Part shown: one piece after another, positions 38,395 through 52,343 of the stretch
Layout of the letters: each line of letters begins with the position of its first letter
Position numbering within the stretch: position 1 is the stretch's first letter
Source of the DNA: Callorhinchus milii
Taxonomy: Eukaryota
DNA length: 64,000 bases
Reading direction: 5' to 3'
NCBI RefSeq assembly: GCF_018977255.1
Contig: NW_024704743.1
Span: 49,354,001-49,418,000 of the forward strand
Made by a program: the position numbers and the translations under genes
The notes under the pieces: model-generated
Seen by the model: only the letters and a program-made list of their open reading frames with translations
Databases searched by the model: none
Told to the model about the DNA's origin: nothing

Positions 38395-39845
38395 CCTACA
38401 AATCATCCTTCTACTCCAAGATAATCTTGGAAGCAAAGGACAACCCCAGGCTCCTATTCTCCACCACCAACCGGCTCCCCCATCCACCCTACCACTCCTC
38501 GCTAATTCTTTCCTCAAGCTCTGACTGTGAGGAGATGTTGGATTTCTTCGAGTCCGAAATCGAGGGGATCTGTTCAGCTGCCCTCCCAACCGCCACTCCC
38601 TCCCCTTCTCCCCCCACACACTCTAACCCCTACCCAACACTCCCTCCACATTTTCAAACCTGTCTTCCCCTCCTCTCTCATCACAACCATAACCAGCATG
38701 AAACACACCACCTGCTCCGTTGACCTCATTCCCACCCCTCTCCTTACCTCCCAGCTCCACCTCCTCACCCCTCTACTCTCCAGCACCATCAATCTTTCCC
38801 ATTCATCTGGCACCATTCCCATTCCCCTAAAAACAACTACAATCAACCGCATCTTGAAAAAACCTTCCATGCTTTCTAACTACCGCCCATCTCCAACCTC
38901 CCTTTTCTTTCGAAGGTCCTTGAAAGAGTTGTTGCTTCCCAGCTTCGCTCAATTCCTCTCCTACCACTCCCTTCACGAGCACCTCCAATCCAGTTTCAGT
39001 GCTGCTCACAGCATGGAAACTGCTCTGGTCACGGTAACAAATGACATTTTGTCCATCTATGACCAGGGCTCTCTCTCTGCCCTCGCCCTCTCTGCTGCCT
39101 TCAATATGGTGGACCACTCCATCCTCCTCCACCGCTTCTCCTCAACCTTTAAGGTGCTGTCCTTGAATGGTTCAGGTCTTATCTCTCACACCATCTCCCC
39201 ATATCTGTGCCATGACCGGCTCTGCCTTCCCCCACCTCCGCAATATTGCCCAACTAAACCATTGCCTCATGCCGCCGAAACCCTCATACACGCATTTGTC
39301 ACCTCAAGGTTCAACAATGGAAACTCCCTCCTTTTCGGTCTCCCCCAATTCTTCCCTCCATAAGCTGCAGATCATCCAGAACTCTGCAACTCGTGTCCTC
39401 TCCGGCACCAGGCTCCATGACCCCATCACCCCCATCCTTGCCCTGCTCCACTGGCTCCCTCAGAGGATAGAATTCAAAATCCTCATCTTCACTTTCAAGG
39501 CTTGCCCCTTCCTACATCTCTGACCTGCTGACCTCCTATCAACCTGTCCGTTCCCTCCGCTTCCGCTCAGCAGGCTCCAGCAGCCGGGCTTTCAGCCCGT
39601 CTGCACCCACCCTCCAGAACTCCATCCCAAAATCCCTTTGCCTTGCTCCCTCCCTTGCCTCCTTCAAGGCACGACTCAAGACCCTCCTTTTCGATCATGC
39701 CTTCAGCTGCCCTCCTCCCTCTCTGCCATCCCTCATCCCAACCCTGCCCCCAATGCTCAGGTCCTGAACCCTGAATGTTCAGCGCCTTGGGGCGTACTCC
39801 CAACGTGAAAAGCGCTTTACAAATGTAATTTTGTTGTTGTTGTTA
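38395..39845 (+). mobile_element. Degenerate LINE2 with internal deletions
   Basis: SNYRP, HSMETALVTVTNDIL, LSAAFNMVDHSILLHR RT motifs; (TTG)n tail. Confidence 0.92.
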
Positions 39846-40244
39846 CATAGGGTTCGGTAGAACTTCTCCCAGAGAGGTCTCAGGGAATGGAATGATTCGC
39901 CAGAGGGTGGCTGGTAGAGCAGAGACGATTGGGCATTTAAAAATAAATGAGATAAGCAGGATATTAGAGGGTACGGGGAAAGAGCAGGGAATTCGGATTA
40001 GAACAGATGGCTTCTTGGAGTGCTGTCCAAACCTTCAAACTGTTAACCTTGTTTCTCTGTGGAAACTTGATTCACCAAAGTACACTCGACCCCTCAAAAA
40101 AAGATTATGCAAAGGTATAGCAATAATATTCCACAATTTATCGAGGTCAGTGGGCAGACTCAAAGTGAAAGCGTGCAGTGGATATTATGAGTCATACAAT
40201 CTTCACTTGCATTTGCATTCGGTGAAATCCCTCTACTGAGCTCA

Positions 40245-41726
40245 AATTAGCTACGAGTGCACCACCTTTTTAGCTATGTCCTATAGCGACAACCCTGCTC
40301 TAAATTTAGACACCTCTGCAAATTTCTCAAGTAGATTCAAGCGTGAGAATTCTGGGTGCAGATCATATCTGTTCCTGTATTACTGAATTACTGGTAGACT
40401 AATTGATTTCAGTTAGATTTTGAGAGTTTATTATGGAAATGCCGGAAGCCAGATCTGTGGTCTCTTGACTACAATATGTTTGAGTACAATCTTTTGCCAT
40501 GTTAAAACAGGATAACCACTGCAAAGCAAATGAGAAATCACTGATGAGCAACTGAATTACGGGCAGAATAGTGAAACCACAAAAAAGTGCAATGGTCTTA
40601 CAGTAAACTGGTTTCCCATTTTAACAAAGTGCCCCATGTTTTTTTTTAAAAATCCCCAATCTCTCATCCAATCCAATCCAATCGCTGACCACCTGAGTAA
40701 TTCCACAGAGCCTACATCTTAAAACATATTAAAGTTGCAAAGATAGATCAGGAAGTCTAAAGTATGAAACAAAAATAGAAGTCGCTGGGAACACTCAGCA
40801 GGTCAGGCAGCATCTATGGAGAAAGGAAAGTGAGTCACGTTTCGGTTCCAAGACCCTCCGACTGACTCACTTTCCTTTCTCCATAGATGCTGCCTGACCT
40901 GCTGAGTGTTCCCAGCGACTTCTGTTTTTGTTTCAGATTTCCAGCATCTGCAGTATTTTGTGTTTTAGTCTAATGTATGAGTTTGCTGGGGGGAACAGCA
41001 CACTTGGCAAAATGTACCACACATTATATTAGCAACTCCCCACCACTTCCCCAACATTTTGGGGCATAGCTATTTTTATGCTGGATTTAGCTTGTATTTC
41101 TGTGTGTGGTGGCAAACCTGACCATCCTGGTACATTGGGAGGCGATTGAGACTCAACTTGTTTTATTATTGGATGTCACTTCTCTCTTCACAGGTTGTTT
41201 CCCTCCTTGGCCTGATGGCTGTCAGCGGGGGCTGTATGACGTCATTTTGTTACACCTGCGATGGCATCGCAAGCACATAGACGTTAATGTGTAAGCAGCG
41301 GAATCACACTGGAGCTCGTGCCCATGCAAACAAACACAAGGAGCTTTCACAATGAAGGCCTTCAAACTAAATACAGTCTAGCTCCACTATGATGAGGTGG
41401 TTGGGGGTCCATAAAAGTGAGATAACATTTTTCAAGTGACCCCGGATATGCGAGTGTGTTCCAAAACACGTACACCAGGTTTCACCTTCCAGCAGCGTTT
41501 ACCTCAAGCTCACTATTCTACATGGTGGGAAAGGCCTATACAGGATGACTTGTGACGTGCCACAGCCACCTTGATGTTCTCAGGGTCCAATCCAATGCTT
41601 GTGTTTCTGTGTGTGATGGCAAACCTGACTACCAGCACAGACTTGGCATATTGGGAGGCGTCTAAATTTAGAGCATGGTTGTCGCTATAGGACATAGCTA
41701 AAAAGGTGGTGCACTCGTAGCTAATT
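40245..41726. mobile_element. Putative non-autonomous DNA transposon with 72-bp terminal inverted repeats
   Basis: 40245-40316 and 41655-41726 are reverse complements at 70/72 positions; no transposase ORF inside. Confidence 0.75.
40765..40960. repeat. HE1/MER6(V-SINE)-related palindromic element; 73-bp inverted arms
   Basis: 40765-40837 versus 40863-40935 match at 72/73; contains agatgctgcctgacctgctgagt, characteristic of chondrichthyan HE1/MER6-like repeats. Confidence 0.85.
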
Positions 41727-43210
41727 ACTCAACGACAACTGTCGAATCCAGTTCCTTGTGAAGGACTTTGGTAAATAATGCACCTGCTTTGATGCTGATC
41801 TTCATTAGAAACTACTTTATGTCATACTCTTCTTGAGCTCTTTTTGTGAGGTTGGCAAAGGGCTATTCTCCTCAGGTTCAGCAAAAGTTTCAAAAATGTG
41901 ACCTTAGATACAAGTAACTAATCATGATGTCTTGTAACCCTATATACAAGTAACTAATCAGAATATCCCCATCCCAAGTTAAGAACCTATTATTATACAG
42001 TGAATGTTGATGCACACAGAGAAAATACTGTACCTTGCTCAGTCTTTTAAAAGTAAATGACTAACATTTAACTGATTACAAAATATCTACAGCATCAATT
42101 ATTGAAAGCTCTAAACGTTACCTCAAGATCTCACAACTTTCCATGGTATTTCAACAGCCCTGTAGTCTCCAGTTTAGAATGGTTTCTAGTTACTGCAATG
42201 CACTCAGGAATCCAATATATTTTCTGATCAGTTGCCAATGTTAAGCAAACAAGCACTGAAAAACAAATGTCAAGGCTTCCAGCAGAAGACCTCATTCTTA
42301 GAAAACACTTCCCACTCCCTCCACAAGTGTTTCCAAGGCTATTAAAAAATAATGGCCTATTTATATTAGAGGGATACATCGAGCAGAGCTTCTGGAATGC
42401 TGGTACCTGTGGTGCTGTAGAATTTATGAATTTCCGTTGCGAAGCAGATCAATGTGGAGTTGGTTGTAAGTCACGAAGGACAGCTTTTGTTTCCTGGTCA
42501 TGCACCATCCCCAACTGTCTGGGGAAGGGATTTTCAGTCTGGCAATATAAGGACCACATCGCTGCCTGTACAGGCGGGCTAAGCAGAGATCAACACTGGG
42601 TTCACTTATATTTACAAACAGATGTACTGTTGCCTCTGCAGAAGTCTCAAGAAACACCCCTCAAGGCAAGTCTCAGATTCTCCAGTGATGTTCTTGTTTT
42701 ATTACATCGCTACTGACAGGGATACATGTTTATAAGCAGGACCACTACACCACTGACAAGTCACAAACGATTCCTAGGGGCAAATTATATAACTTGCCTA
42801 TTATTAATCTTAAAAGAATAAATTGACTAGTCTCTTCCTTCTGTTTTTTTTATAAACAAAGAAGCATCACTAAAGGCACGTGTTTATTTTTCTATCTTTG
42901 GCAAAACTAATTCTCTATGATGCCATACAGACACCTCTGGAAGTCTGCATTTGTATTATTTTGTTTTAGAAGTTACCGCAAGTGTTTAATGCATTTGATA
43001 TGAAGTGCAATGCACAAACCAACAGCGCTGCTCCAGGGTTCAGTCACACTGGCACAAAGGTGCCAGGAGTGACTTGTGATTTGAGCAAATACTAGTGCAT
43101 TATAAAGAACAGCTCCTGACTAATTTCATAATAGTATTAGTGTTCATATTACACTGTGACGTTGGAATTTCTTGAACCTGAAATGTCAAAATTGTCATTT
43201 CAAATACATT

Positions 43211-43352
43211 AATAATAATAATCCTTGCATTTGATATAGCGCTTTTCACGTCTTCTAGACGTCTCAAAGAGCTTCACAGAATAGACTGTAAAGTGAATTG
43301 ACTGTATATTTGTGGGCGAAATGCAGAAGCCAATTGCGCACAGCAATCCCAC
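43211..43352 (-). mobile_element. SINE 3' half
   Basis: Tail and Deu-like core only. Confidence 0.85.
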
Positions 43353-46300
43353 ATTACTGTATGGTTAACAATAAAGACAAAAGCTGAGCCCATTTACTTG
43401 TATATGCAAACACATTAATAATGATAAATAATAACCTTTACATTTGGTAGATCACATTTCATGTCAGGTGGACATCTCAAAGAACTTCTCATAATTTTTC
43501 TTTTATATTCACCTCTCTTGGAAGAATTGACTCCATGCTAGAATACAGTTACAGGGAAGCTAAAATGACTATTCTTCAGGTTTGAATATAAACAGTGAAG
43601 GATATTTCGAGGGTGCATTGCAGGCAAGCATACACAAGTATCCATAGAGATGACACTGAGTAACTATCAGGAGCGGCAATCCTGGTTAACGCAGCGCAAT
43701 GAGGACAATTCTCTTTTGTAACGATTTAACAGTGAGAATGCTAATAAATTGCCATCCCAAGATACAATTCCTAGTATAGATACTGGAATCATTAAGTGGA
43801 AAACAAGTACAAAAGGTCACCAAAGCTGATAGCAAGTTTCTCATTTTCAATAAAGTGATCTCTTAGCTAATTAGATAACAAGATCATCACGGCATCTGTG
43901 TGTGTGTGTGTACATGCGGTGGGGAGAAGGGGAGGCTGCAAATTCTGGAGGAGAAAAGGATACACAGATTTCTATGAATACTTCAAAAATACCAAGTTGA
44001 TTTTTTAAAATAATTCATGAGGTCTTGATCATTGCTGAAACAAGAGGGGCAAGAAGGAAAATGTATAACGGTCGGGGAGGGGCGGGAGGAAAGAGAAAGT
44101 TTTGAAAGTGGAAACGCTGAGGTCAATTGTGGTGCTCCAGTCACCTCACTAAGGATAAGATAACTCAGCCCTGGGGATCACATCTATGTCCTTGAAGGTC
44201 TGCACTGCTCAGCTATTTACTGAACGTCACAGAACACTGAAGGAACCTACATATTCTTAATAACTGATATATGTACCAATATCCAAAGCTTTACTTGAGG
44301 TATAATCTTATTGCATTTTAAAGTCCAAGCCTAAATAAAACTGATACCAGGATAAACCAGACTCTGAATACCCCACATAAACACACACATACCCACATCT
44401 CCTCATCCCCCCACCCCCACCCTGCTCCGCCCTGTCCCCAAATTGTCAATAACAAGCTATTAATAACTTCATTTCCTATTCCTTCTAAATACAAAAACAA
44501 ATCCATTCCATCTGGTAAATGGGAGTCTGGTGCTGTCCCAAAGAATACAAATGAAATTACAAATTGGGGTTTATTTAAAGCTTTTAATGATTCATTGATT
44601 CAATATTGCAACCATTTGGTTACTGCGTTACCCAGTGTGGATGGAGCAAAACTAGTCATCTCCGAGTAAACATGATCTTATGTAGACGTTGGGGCAGCAG
44701 GATACAAGTCAGTTGTTTCATAACTCGACAGCGTAATCAGGAACAGGGAACTCGCCTGCCCTGCTTAACCATAACCTCTTGCCTTTCATTAAGATTCTTT
44801 AGCAAATGTGCCAACCCACAGATTCTGACTGGATACAGTGAAGGGACCTATATACTCATCTGCAAACCCTCTTGACTGCCCAGCGCCTTGGGACGTTCTC
44901 CCAATGTGAAATGTGCTATATAAATGCAACTTGTTGTTGACGTTGTTGTTCCTGGACAATAAAATTCTAAATATCCAACTCAACTGAAAAAAAACATCAG
45001 CGAATAAAATACGAGTACAGAAGTTCTTGAAATATCAACAGGTCTAAAGGGGTCTACAGTTTCTGTAGCTAACTGGTTTGTATGTTTTCCAACTTAATCA
45101 TTGGGTCAATGGGAAAGACTCGATTACTGTATTAAACTATTGAACGCCAGGATAGATTTATGACCAACATCAATTCATAAAAAGGTCAACCCTAAACCAA
45201 ATATCAGGTTAAAAAAAAGGCAATAGGAACCTTGTTGACATCTCTACATAGACACTGAACCTGAACAAGTCAGCTCGAGCTTGGTACTTAAAGGGTTGTG
45301 TTGTGGCATTTCTGCGATGAGGCTGGATAACCCTGGGTTATATATCTTCAATCATATAGAGCTGAGGAGGTGAAGGAGTGATCAGATTCCTAAAATTAAT
45401 GAAAGGAATTGAAAAGCTAGACAGGGTTTGATGCTTCTCTTCAGTATAGGGGTCATAAATAGGGAGATATACTGCAAACTTAAAATTAGAGGTAAAAGTG
45501 AAATTAGAAAATAATTCTTTGCACAGAGTAGATTAAGAGTAAGTGAAATGTAGTGTCCCAGAAGGCTGGAGATGCAAATATTATTGAGATGCTTAAAATG
45601 CAATGCAATCTACATTTTTATAGTGTCTTTCACATCAGAAGAATGTCTCAAAGTGCTTTAAGCGCTAAAATTAATGTAGGTAGCTAAATGAGAAGGAAGG
45701 ATATTACGAGATATGGCGAAAAGTGGTTTAAATTATGCCATGCTCTAATAAAATATCTTTGACAGGATAAATGATGCCCTTTTCTTCCTATTTTCCTAGA
45801 ACTCTCTGGCAATGTTGCTTTAAGACTGGCAGCTAGGTGGCACACAAGAGCAGCCTAGTACCAGCCTGGCTCAGTTGGTAGCACTCTCACTTCTTGGTAA
45901 GAAGGTTGTGGGTTCAAGCCCCATCTAAGGACTTTGAGCTCACAGAGCCTCGGTTGACACTCCAATGCAGTTCAGGTGGCGCTTTCAAAAAGAGAAGGGG
46001 AGTTTTTCTCCCAGGATAAAGTGGAAAGCGAAGTGGGCTTCATGAAAGATTATGCACCTATGAGGAAAGCAAAGAAATCTTGGATCGATGACACTTTTAT
46101 CCCCAAATACGAGTTACATTATATTACACACGCAATACATAGTACAGTATTGGGGGGGGTGAATAGCATTCCCCAGTCTTCATGTACTTGAACATGAATC
46201 CAACAGATGCTTAGAAAATATTACTACACATAACACAGGGATAGGGTGTGGCAGTGGGATTTGGTGAACATTTTGCTCTGATACCTGATGCAGACATGAT

Positions 46301-47519
46301 GGGCTGAATGGCCTTCTTTTGCACTGTGATTCTATGATTCTATACCTACTCAAAGCAATGGACAATGATGAATCTATGCCATTAATAGACTTGTGCATGT
46401 CAAAAATAAAAACCACCCTGGATAAATTATAAGTAAACTATTTCTAAACTGAGTTGCCACACCAGGCTGTATCCAAATAGGTGGCATGAAGATGAAAGAC
46501 AACAGTGTGGTGTGAGACCAAAAAATTTTGGGGCGGGGGAGACAATCCTGGATGGGTCATTTTGAAACAGAATAACCACCAGTGCCCCAACCAGATGAAT
46601 AACTTTGTCTGGTACACACAGAGCAATGACAAAATGTAGTTCTGTGGTTGAGAAAAGGCCACCGCACCCACCAGAACGGTTTCTGTTTCACCCGTTTACA
46701 GCATCACCTGTTGGAATGCAGTAACATTCTTGGTTCCAGAATTACAGGTATTTGATGTGAAATTGATTCATCCTCATGGCTTTGGCTCGTTGATTAGAAG
46801 TGGAATTTTATCCCACATGCTACATAGCCAGTCTTTACTGTGTTAGGAGTGTCCATTTCACCTACAGTATATCCAATATGAAAGGTACTGTATAAAATGC
46901 AAGGATTATTTATTAACCCAATCTCCCATCTCTTGCTGATTTCACTAATTTTCCTCTTTTACCTAATTTCTTCCCTGAAACTTTCTCTCTTCCTTCAAAC
47001 GCATCCCTCAGGCTATTCTCCCTGCTCAGTTTCTCTCGTCTGCCTAGTTTGTGTTTAATTACGTGGAGTTCCTCCAGATTCACATAACACAAATAGTTGA
47101 GTTCATCCACAGCATCTGTACCAAGTCAATGGATTGCTCACTGTACTCAATGGAAACCTAGAAAATTGTCTTGAAAGCAAGCCATCTCTTTCGTAAAACT
47201 GACGTAATGTCTTTAAAAGTGTGGTGAGCAAGTGCAGTCTTTGCCCACCAGCTCGGTGAGATAACCACATTATAAACCATTGTTCTAGAATTTTTTCCCG
47301 TTTTAGACGCAGCAGGAAATGCACTTTAAAGCGGCTGAGGTTCTTGAGCCAAGGAAAGCACCATCCGCAGTCAACGCATCTATCTCTTTGTGGGCAGCCC
47401 GCACGAAGGATTCAATTGTACCGTTTGTGAATTCTGAAGTTCAATTATGTGCTATTGATCTCCCAGTCGGATCCTGATGAGCAACAGCAATTTGTGTAAA
47501 ATGCCCTCTCCCACTCATA

Positions 47520-47897
47520 ATAAAATCCTTCCATTTGGTATAGTACCTTTCACGTCAGGAAGAAGTCCCAAAGCAATTCATAGGATTTACTGTATTTGTG
47601 GGGAAACACAGCAGCCAATTTGCTCACTGCAATGTCCACACACTGTCATGGAGTGAGGGACCAATTTTATTTGGTGGATTGTTGGCCAGGACACTGGGAC
47701 AAATGCCTTTCTCTTTTTGAATCATGCCATGGGATCTTTAACTTTCATCCGAGTAGGCAGAAGAGACCTCGGTTTAATATCTCATCCAAAGGACAGCTCT
47801 TCCAACAATGCAACACACCCCCAACACTCCTGTCATGGGGCTTGAACTCACAACCTTCTGAGCCAGAGACGAGAGTGCTACCATTGAACCAGGCTGT
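47520..47897 (-). mobile_element. Older Deu-domain SINE
   Basis: gccatgggatctttaac...cctcggtttaatatctcatccaaaggacagc...ggggcttgaactcacaaccttctg. Confidence 0.82.
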
Positions 47898-48784
47898 CAC
47901 ACACACTCTCATATTACCCTCCTCCACTAAGAGGGGATTTACAAAGCACAATTCACAAATCAAAATTAGCAAACACTGCTAGTTTAAAGCTTGATTCATT
48001 AAAATAATCAATGGTACAGTAACTGCTGCTCACTGTGCAAATCCACAGGTTACAACTCAACATTAGTAATATAAAGGGGAACTAAGAACACATCTGATGT
48101 TTAATTACTTAAAATTCCCATTGAATGTCTTGGAAGGCTTAACAATGCCACCATTCATTAAAATGGGCAACCTTACAAAATAAATGTTTAATTCTACAAT
48201 AATATGAACAACAGGCTTGTATCTCCTTGCAGGAGGCATCTCACTACATCTTGGCTGGGGTCACTAGATGGAGCTGTGATACAGTGGAGCTTTCCACCTC
48301 AGAATGGTGGTGTAGAAAGAAAGAAGGTTGGAAAAGCAAAGAGGATCTGATAGATCTTAACTCTGGTAATTCAGGTACAATCAATACAGCACACAAGCAA
48401 TTTAAATCTTGCTCTCCAAGGTTGGTGGAGAAAAACGAAATGAGGGGGAATGGATGGGGGGAGAGAGTAAGAGGAAGAACTTGCAAAATTGAGAGATGAA
48501 ACAATCCAGCAGGTCTCAACTTTGTTACAACATTAACTGACTTTTTAATCTCACTGCACATCTTCAAGTTCCCAAAAACAAATACCTTGCCAAAAGAATG
48601 TGGAGCAACAGATTAGATTAACTCGTTTCATTGAACTGACTACAGTTAAACATGGATTAACCCAGAACCGTATTCCTAAATTGATCCAATAATAATAACA
48701 AAGTGTTAAGGATGTTTAAAAATTGTAAGGTTGGTTTGAATCACCAAAGCAGGTTAAATACATCTGGAGATTAAATATGCCTCT

Positions 48785-49113
48785 TAATAATAATAATAAT
48801 AATAATAATAATCCTTGCATTTGATATAGCGCTTTTCACGTCGGGAGGACGTCCCAAAGCGCTTCACAGAATATACTGTAAAGTGAATTGACTGTATATT
48901 TGTGGGCGAACGCGGCAGCCAATTGCGCACAGCAATGTCCCACAAACAGTCATGGATTGAAAATGACCAATTTATTATTGTTTTTGGTTTTGGAGGGATT
49001 ATTATTAGGCGTGTGGAGTAAGGAAACTTGCCCAAGGTTTCGCCCTGCCTGGAATTGAACTCAGGTCTCTCACTTGCAAAGCGAGTGCTCTAACCACTGA
49101 GCTACAGGACTCC
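48785..49113 (-). mobile_element. SINE, short young variant with expanded (TTA)n tail
   Basis: Near-identical to 11119-11437 and 52024-52343. Confidence 0.93.
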
Positions 49114-50304
49114 ACTCTTCTTTTTGATCAGCAGTGCCCAGATACATGTATTTATTACAGATTGTACCATTTCAGGAGGCAGGAAAATAAGCTATTTGGT
49201 CACTGGAGGCATTAAAGCCGAGAAGTTATTTGTCCTCATCTCAGTCCTGACTTGCTTTGACATTATCTTGTTTTATGGCCTCTCCTAACCTGCCTTTCAC
49301 GTTAGCTTAGTGCCCCTTTCCCCTGAATTCCTAGCATTCTCATAAATCTTTACATTTAAATCTAGAGAGATTTGCATTCTCTCCAAATCAAATGCATCTT
49401 TCCTATAATGAGGTGCCCATAATTGCACGCAGTACTTCAATTACACATAGAAGAAATGGGTATAAAACAGAAGTCCTTGAAATATCAACAGGTCTAACCC
49501 CATCTTTTTAACCCCAGCTAATTGTTGATCTAGCCTTCCAATCTCACTTTGTTTTGGTCAATAATACCATGGTTTCAGACCACCAACAATAAATCCACGA
49601 TAAACATATACAAAGTCCTTCCAGCATCTTGGGACTTACAAATATAAATTGTTGTTATATTGCAACGTATTTGGCTTAAACAGTGAAAGTCAGTTCCACC
49701 ACCTACTCACTAATCCAGCACAAGTTCAACACGTGCAGTGAATCAAATTAGCCACTGCGCACGAGCATCAAACAAAACATAAACAGATACAGGCAAGCAT
49801 TGTGACCTCTTGCAAGCATGATTCATCCCACACAAAACAAGTCCTACAAACTATTCAGCACATGCTACTGAAAAATGTAAGGGCGTGGTCTTTCAATCTT
49901 TAAATACTGGCGGGTGGATTTCCTTATGCATTTCACAAATTAACAAATTGTGATTCACTCTGGTGGGTAGGGCAGGAGTTCCTCTCTCCACCCACCGCAC
50001 ACACACACACACACAATGTGGATCTTTATGTCCAGCTAATGATTTTTATCAGGGAAAAGTTTGAAACAATGCTCGACTTTGACTTTAAATTGCTATAAAT
50101 ATTACAGCTCATTTCCAAATAAAATAATGGAACAAGCTCTAAATAGCTGATGAAGTCAACTGTCCATGGAACAGAAAACGAAGGATGGGCCGGAGTTTGA
50201 GTCAGATTCAGTATTTCCATTGTACTCGTGAAAAGTATGGTTTACAGCATTTTAAACATTTTTAAAATTGCATTTTTTTTTACGACATTAAAAAAATGCA
50301 GCGA

Positions 50305-51432
50305 GACATAGATAAGGTTAGGTGATTGGGCAGGTAGTTGGCAGATAAAGTATAATGTAGGAAAGTGCAAAGTCATCCACCTATAGGTAGCAAAAACAGT
50401 AGAGCGGGTTATTTTTTAGAAAGGGAGAGATTGGAATGTGTTAGTGTCCAGAGGGACTTGGGTGTCCTTGTACACCAATCACGGAAAGTTAGTCTGCAGC
50501 TGCAGCAGCAATTAGGAAGGTGAACGGTATGTTAGCATTCATTATGAAAGCATTAGAGTATAAGAGTAGGGAAGTCTTGCAACTGTATAGGGCCCTGGTG
50601 AGACCACACCTGGAATACTGTGTGCAGTTTTGGTCTCCTTATTTAAGGAAGGATGTACTTGCCTTGGAGGGGGTGCAGCGTAATAAAAATAATAATCCTT
50701 GCATTTGATATAGCGCTTTTCACGTCTTCTAGACGTCCCAAAGCGCTTCATAGAATATGGGCGAACGCGGCAGCCAATTGCGCACAGCAGTGTCCCCACA
50801 AACAGTCGTAGATTGAAAATGACCAATTTATTATTTTTTTTGTTTTGGAGGGATTATTATTAGGCGTGTGGAGTAAGGAAACTTGCCCAAGGTTTCGCCC
50901 TGCCTGGAATTGAACTCAGGTCTCTCGCTTGCAAAGCGAGTGCTCTAACCACTGAGCTACAGGATTCCTTACAAGGTTAGTACCAGGGATGAGGGGGATG
51001 AGTTACGAGGATAGGCTGACCAATTTGGGCCTATATTCTTTAGAATATAGAAGAATTAGAGGGGATCTTATAGAAACATGATAGAGTAGATAGTGGGAGA
51101 TTGTTTCCCCTGGTTGGAGAAACTAAAACCAGGAGTCACAACCTTAAAATCAGAGATCAGCCCTTTCGCACTGAGTTGAGGAAGAACTTCTTCACTCAAA
51201 GGGTGGTGAATGTATGGAACTAACTACCCCATAGGGCTGTTGACGCTCAGTCCTTGAACATATTCAAGATTGAGATAGATATATTTCTTATTGCAAAAGG
51301 GATTAAGGGATATGGGGGCTAAGGCAGGGTCAGGTTATTAGCTGGAGTTAGATTAGAAGATCAGCCATGATTGAATGGCGGGGCAGGCTCGAAGGGCCGA
51401 ATGGTCTACTCCTGCTCCTACATGTTATGTTA
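50305..51432 (+). mobile_element. CR1 LINE 3' portion interrupted by a SINE
   Basis: LYRALVRPHLEYCVQFWSPYLRKDVLALEGVQR, resuming after the SINE as TRLVPGMRGMSYEDRL...RGDLIE; CR1 3' end ggccgaatggtctactcctgctcct. Confidence 0.92.
50682..50968 (-). mobile_element. SINE, short variant, nested in CR1
   Basis: Interrupts the CR1 frame at VQR|; small internal deletion. Confidence 0.92.
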
Positions 51433-51547
51433 TGACATTACTGTTGAAACAAAAAAACCGCTGAGACAATGCCCTTGTGAACTCTGACAATAAGGATAGG
51501 TGGTCTGAATACTATTCAGAGAAGCAACAAGATTTGAATTCCTAAGG

Positions 51548-51712
51548 TTCAAATGTCTCAAAACCCTCCTCTTCGTCCTACTCCTACCCTCCTCACCCTC
51601 CATACCTCCTGATCCCAACCACCAGCTCGGGTGTGGATCCCTGACTGTCCAGCGCCTTGGGGTGGCCTCCTGACGTGAAAGACGCTATACAAAAGTAATT
51701 TGTTGTTGTTGT
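51548..51712 (+). mobile_element. LINE2 3' tail fragment
   Basis: cagcgccttggg...tgacgtgaaagacgctatac...(TTG)n. Confidence 0.8.
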
Positions 51713-52023
51713 CAACATACAGCATATGGAAGCAATTTTATACAAATTTAAATAAGATTTCAGCCCCTCCCTTCTCCTCAGCTACTGAGATACCAAATCA
51801 GGTTGTCCATAAACTACACTAATCATCAAAATACAAAGATGGTTCCTTCACTAACCACCTGGGATCAGAATTTTAAAATTCCTGCGCGGGGGGTGGGTGG
51901 TTCTAGCTGTACACACTAGAGAATGATTAAGTTAAACGTTTGGCGGAACTCAAACCACTCATCTGAAAATGTATATTTTGTCATTCATTCAGCATGTCAG
52001 CAACAAACATTGTGCAACAAAGG

Positions 52024-52343
52024 ATAATAATAATAATAATCCTTGCATTTGACATAGCGCTTTTCACGTCGGGAGGACGTCCCAAAGCGCTTCACAGAAC
52101 ACACTGTAAAGTGAATTGACTGTATATTTGTGGGCGAACGCGGCAGCCTATTGCGCACAGCAATGTCCCACAAACAGTCGTAGATTGAAAATGACCAATT
52201 TATTATTGTTTTTGGTTTTGGAGGGATTATTATTAGGTGTGTGGAGTAAGGAAACTTGCCCAAGGTTTCGCCCTCTGCCTGGAATTGAACTCAGGTCTCT
52301 TACTTGCAAAGCGAGCGCTCTAACCACTGAGCTACAGGACTCC
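52024..52343 (-). mobile_element. SINE, short young variant
   Basis: Near-identical to 48785-49113. Confidence 0.93.

Noticed and set aside
40541..40580. CTGATGAG...GAAAC as an intact hammerhead ribozyme
   Set aside because: The intervening sequence does not form a convincing stem II.
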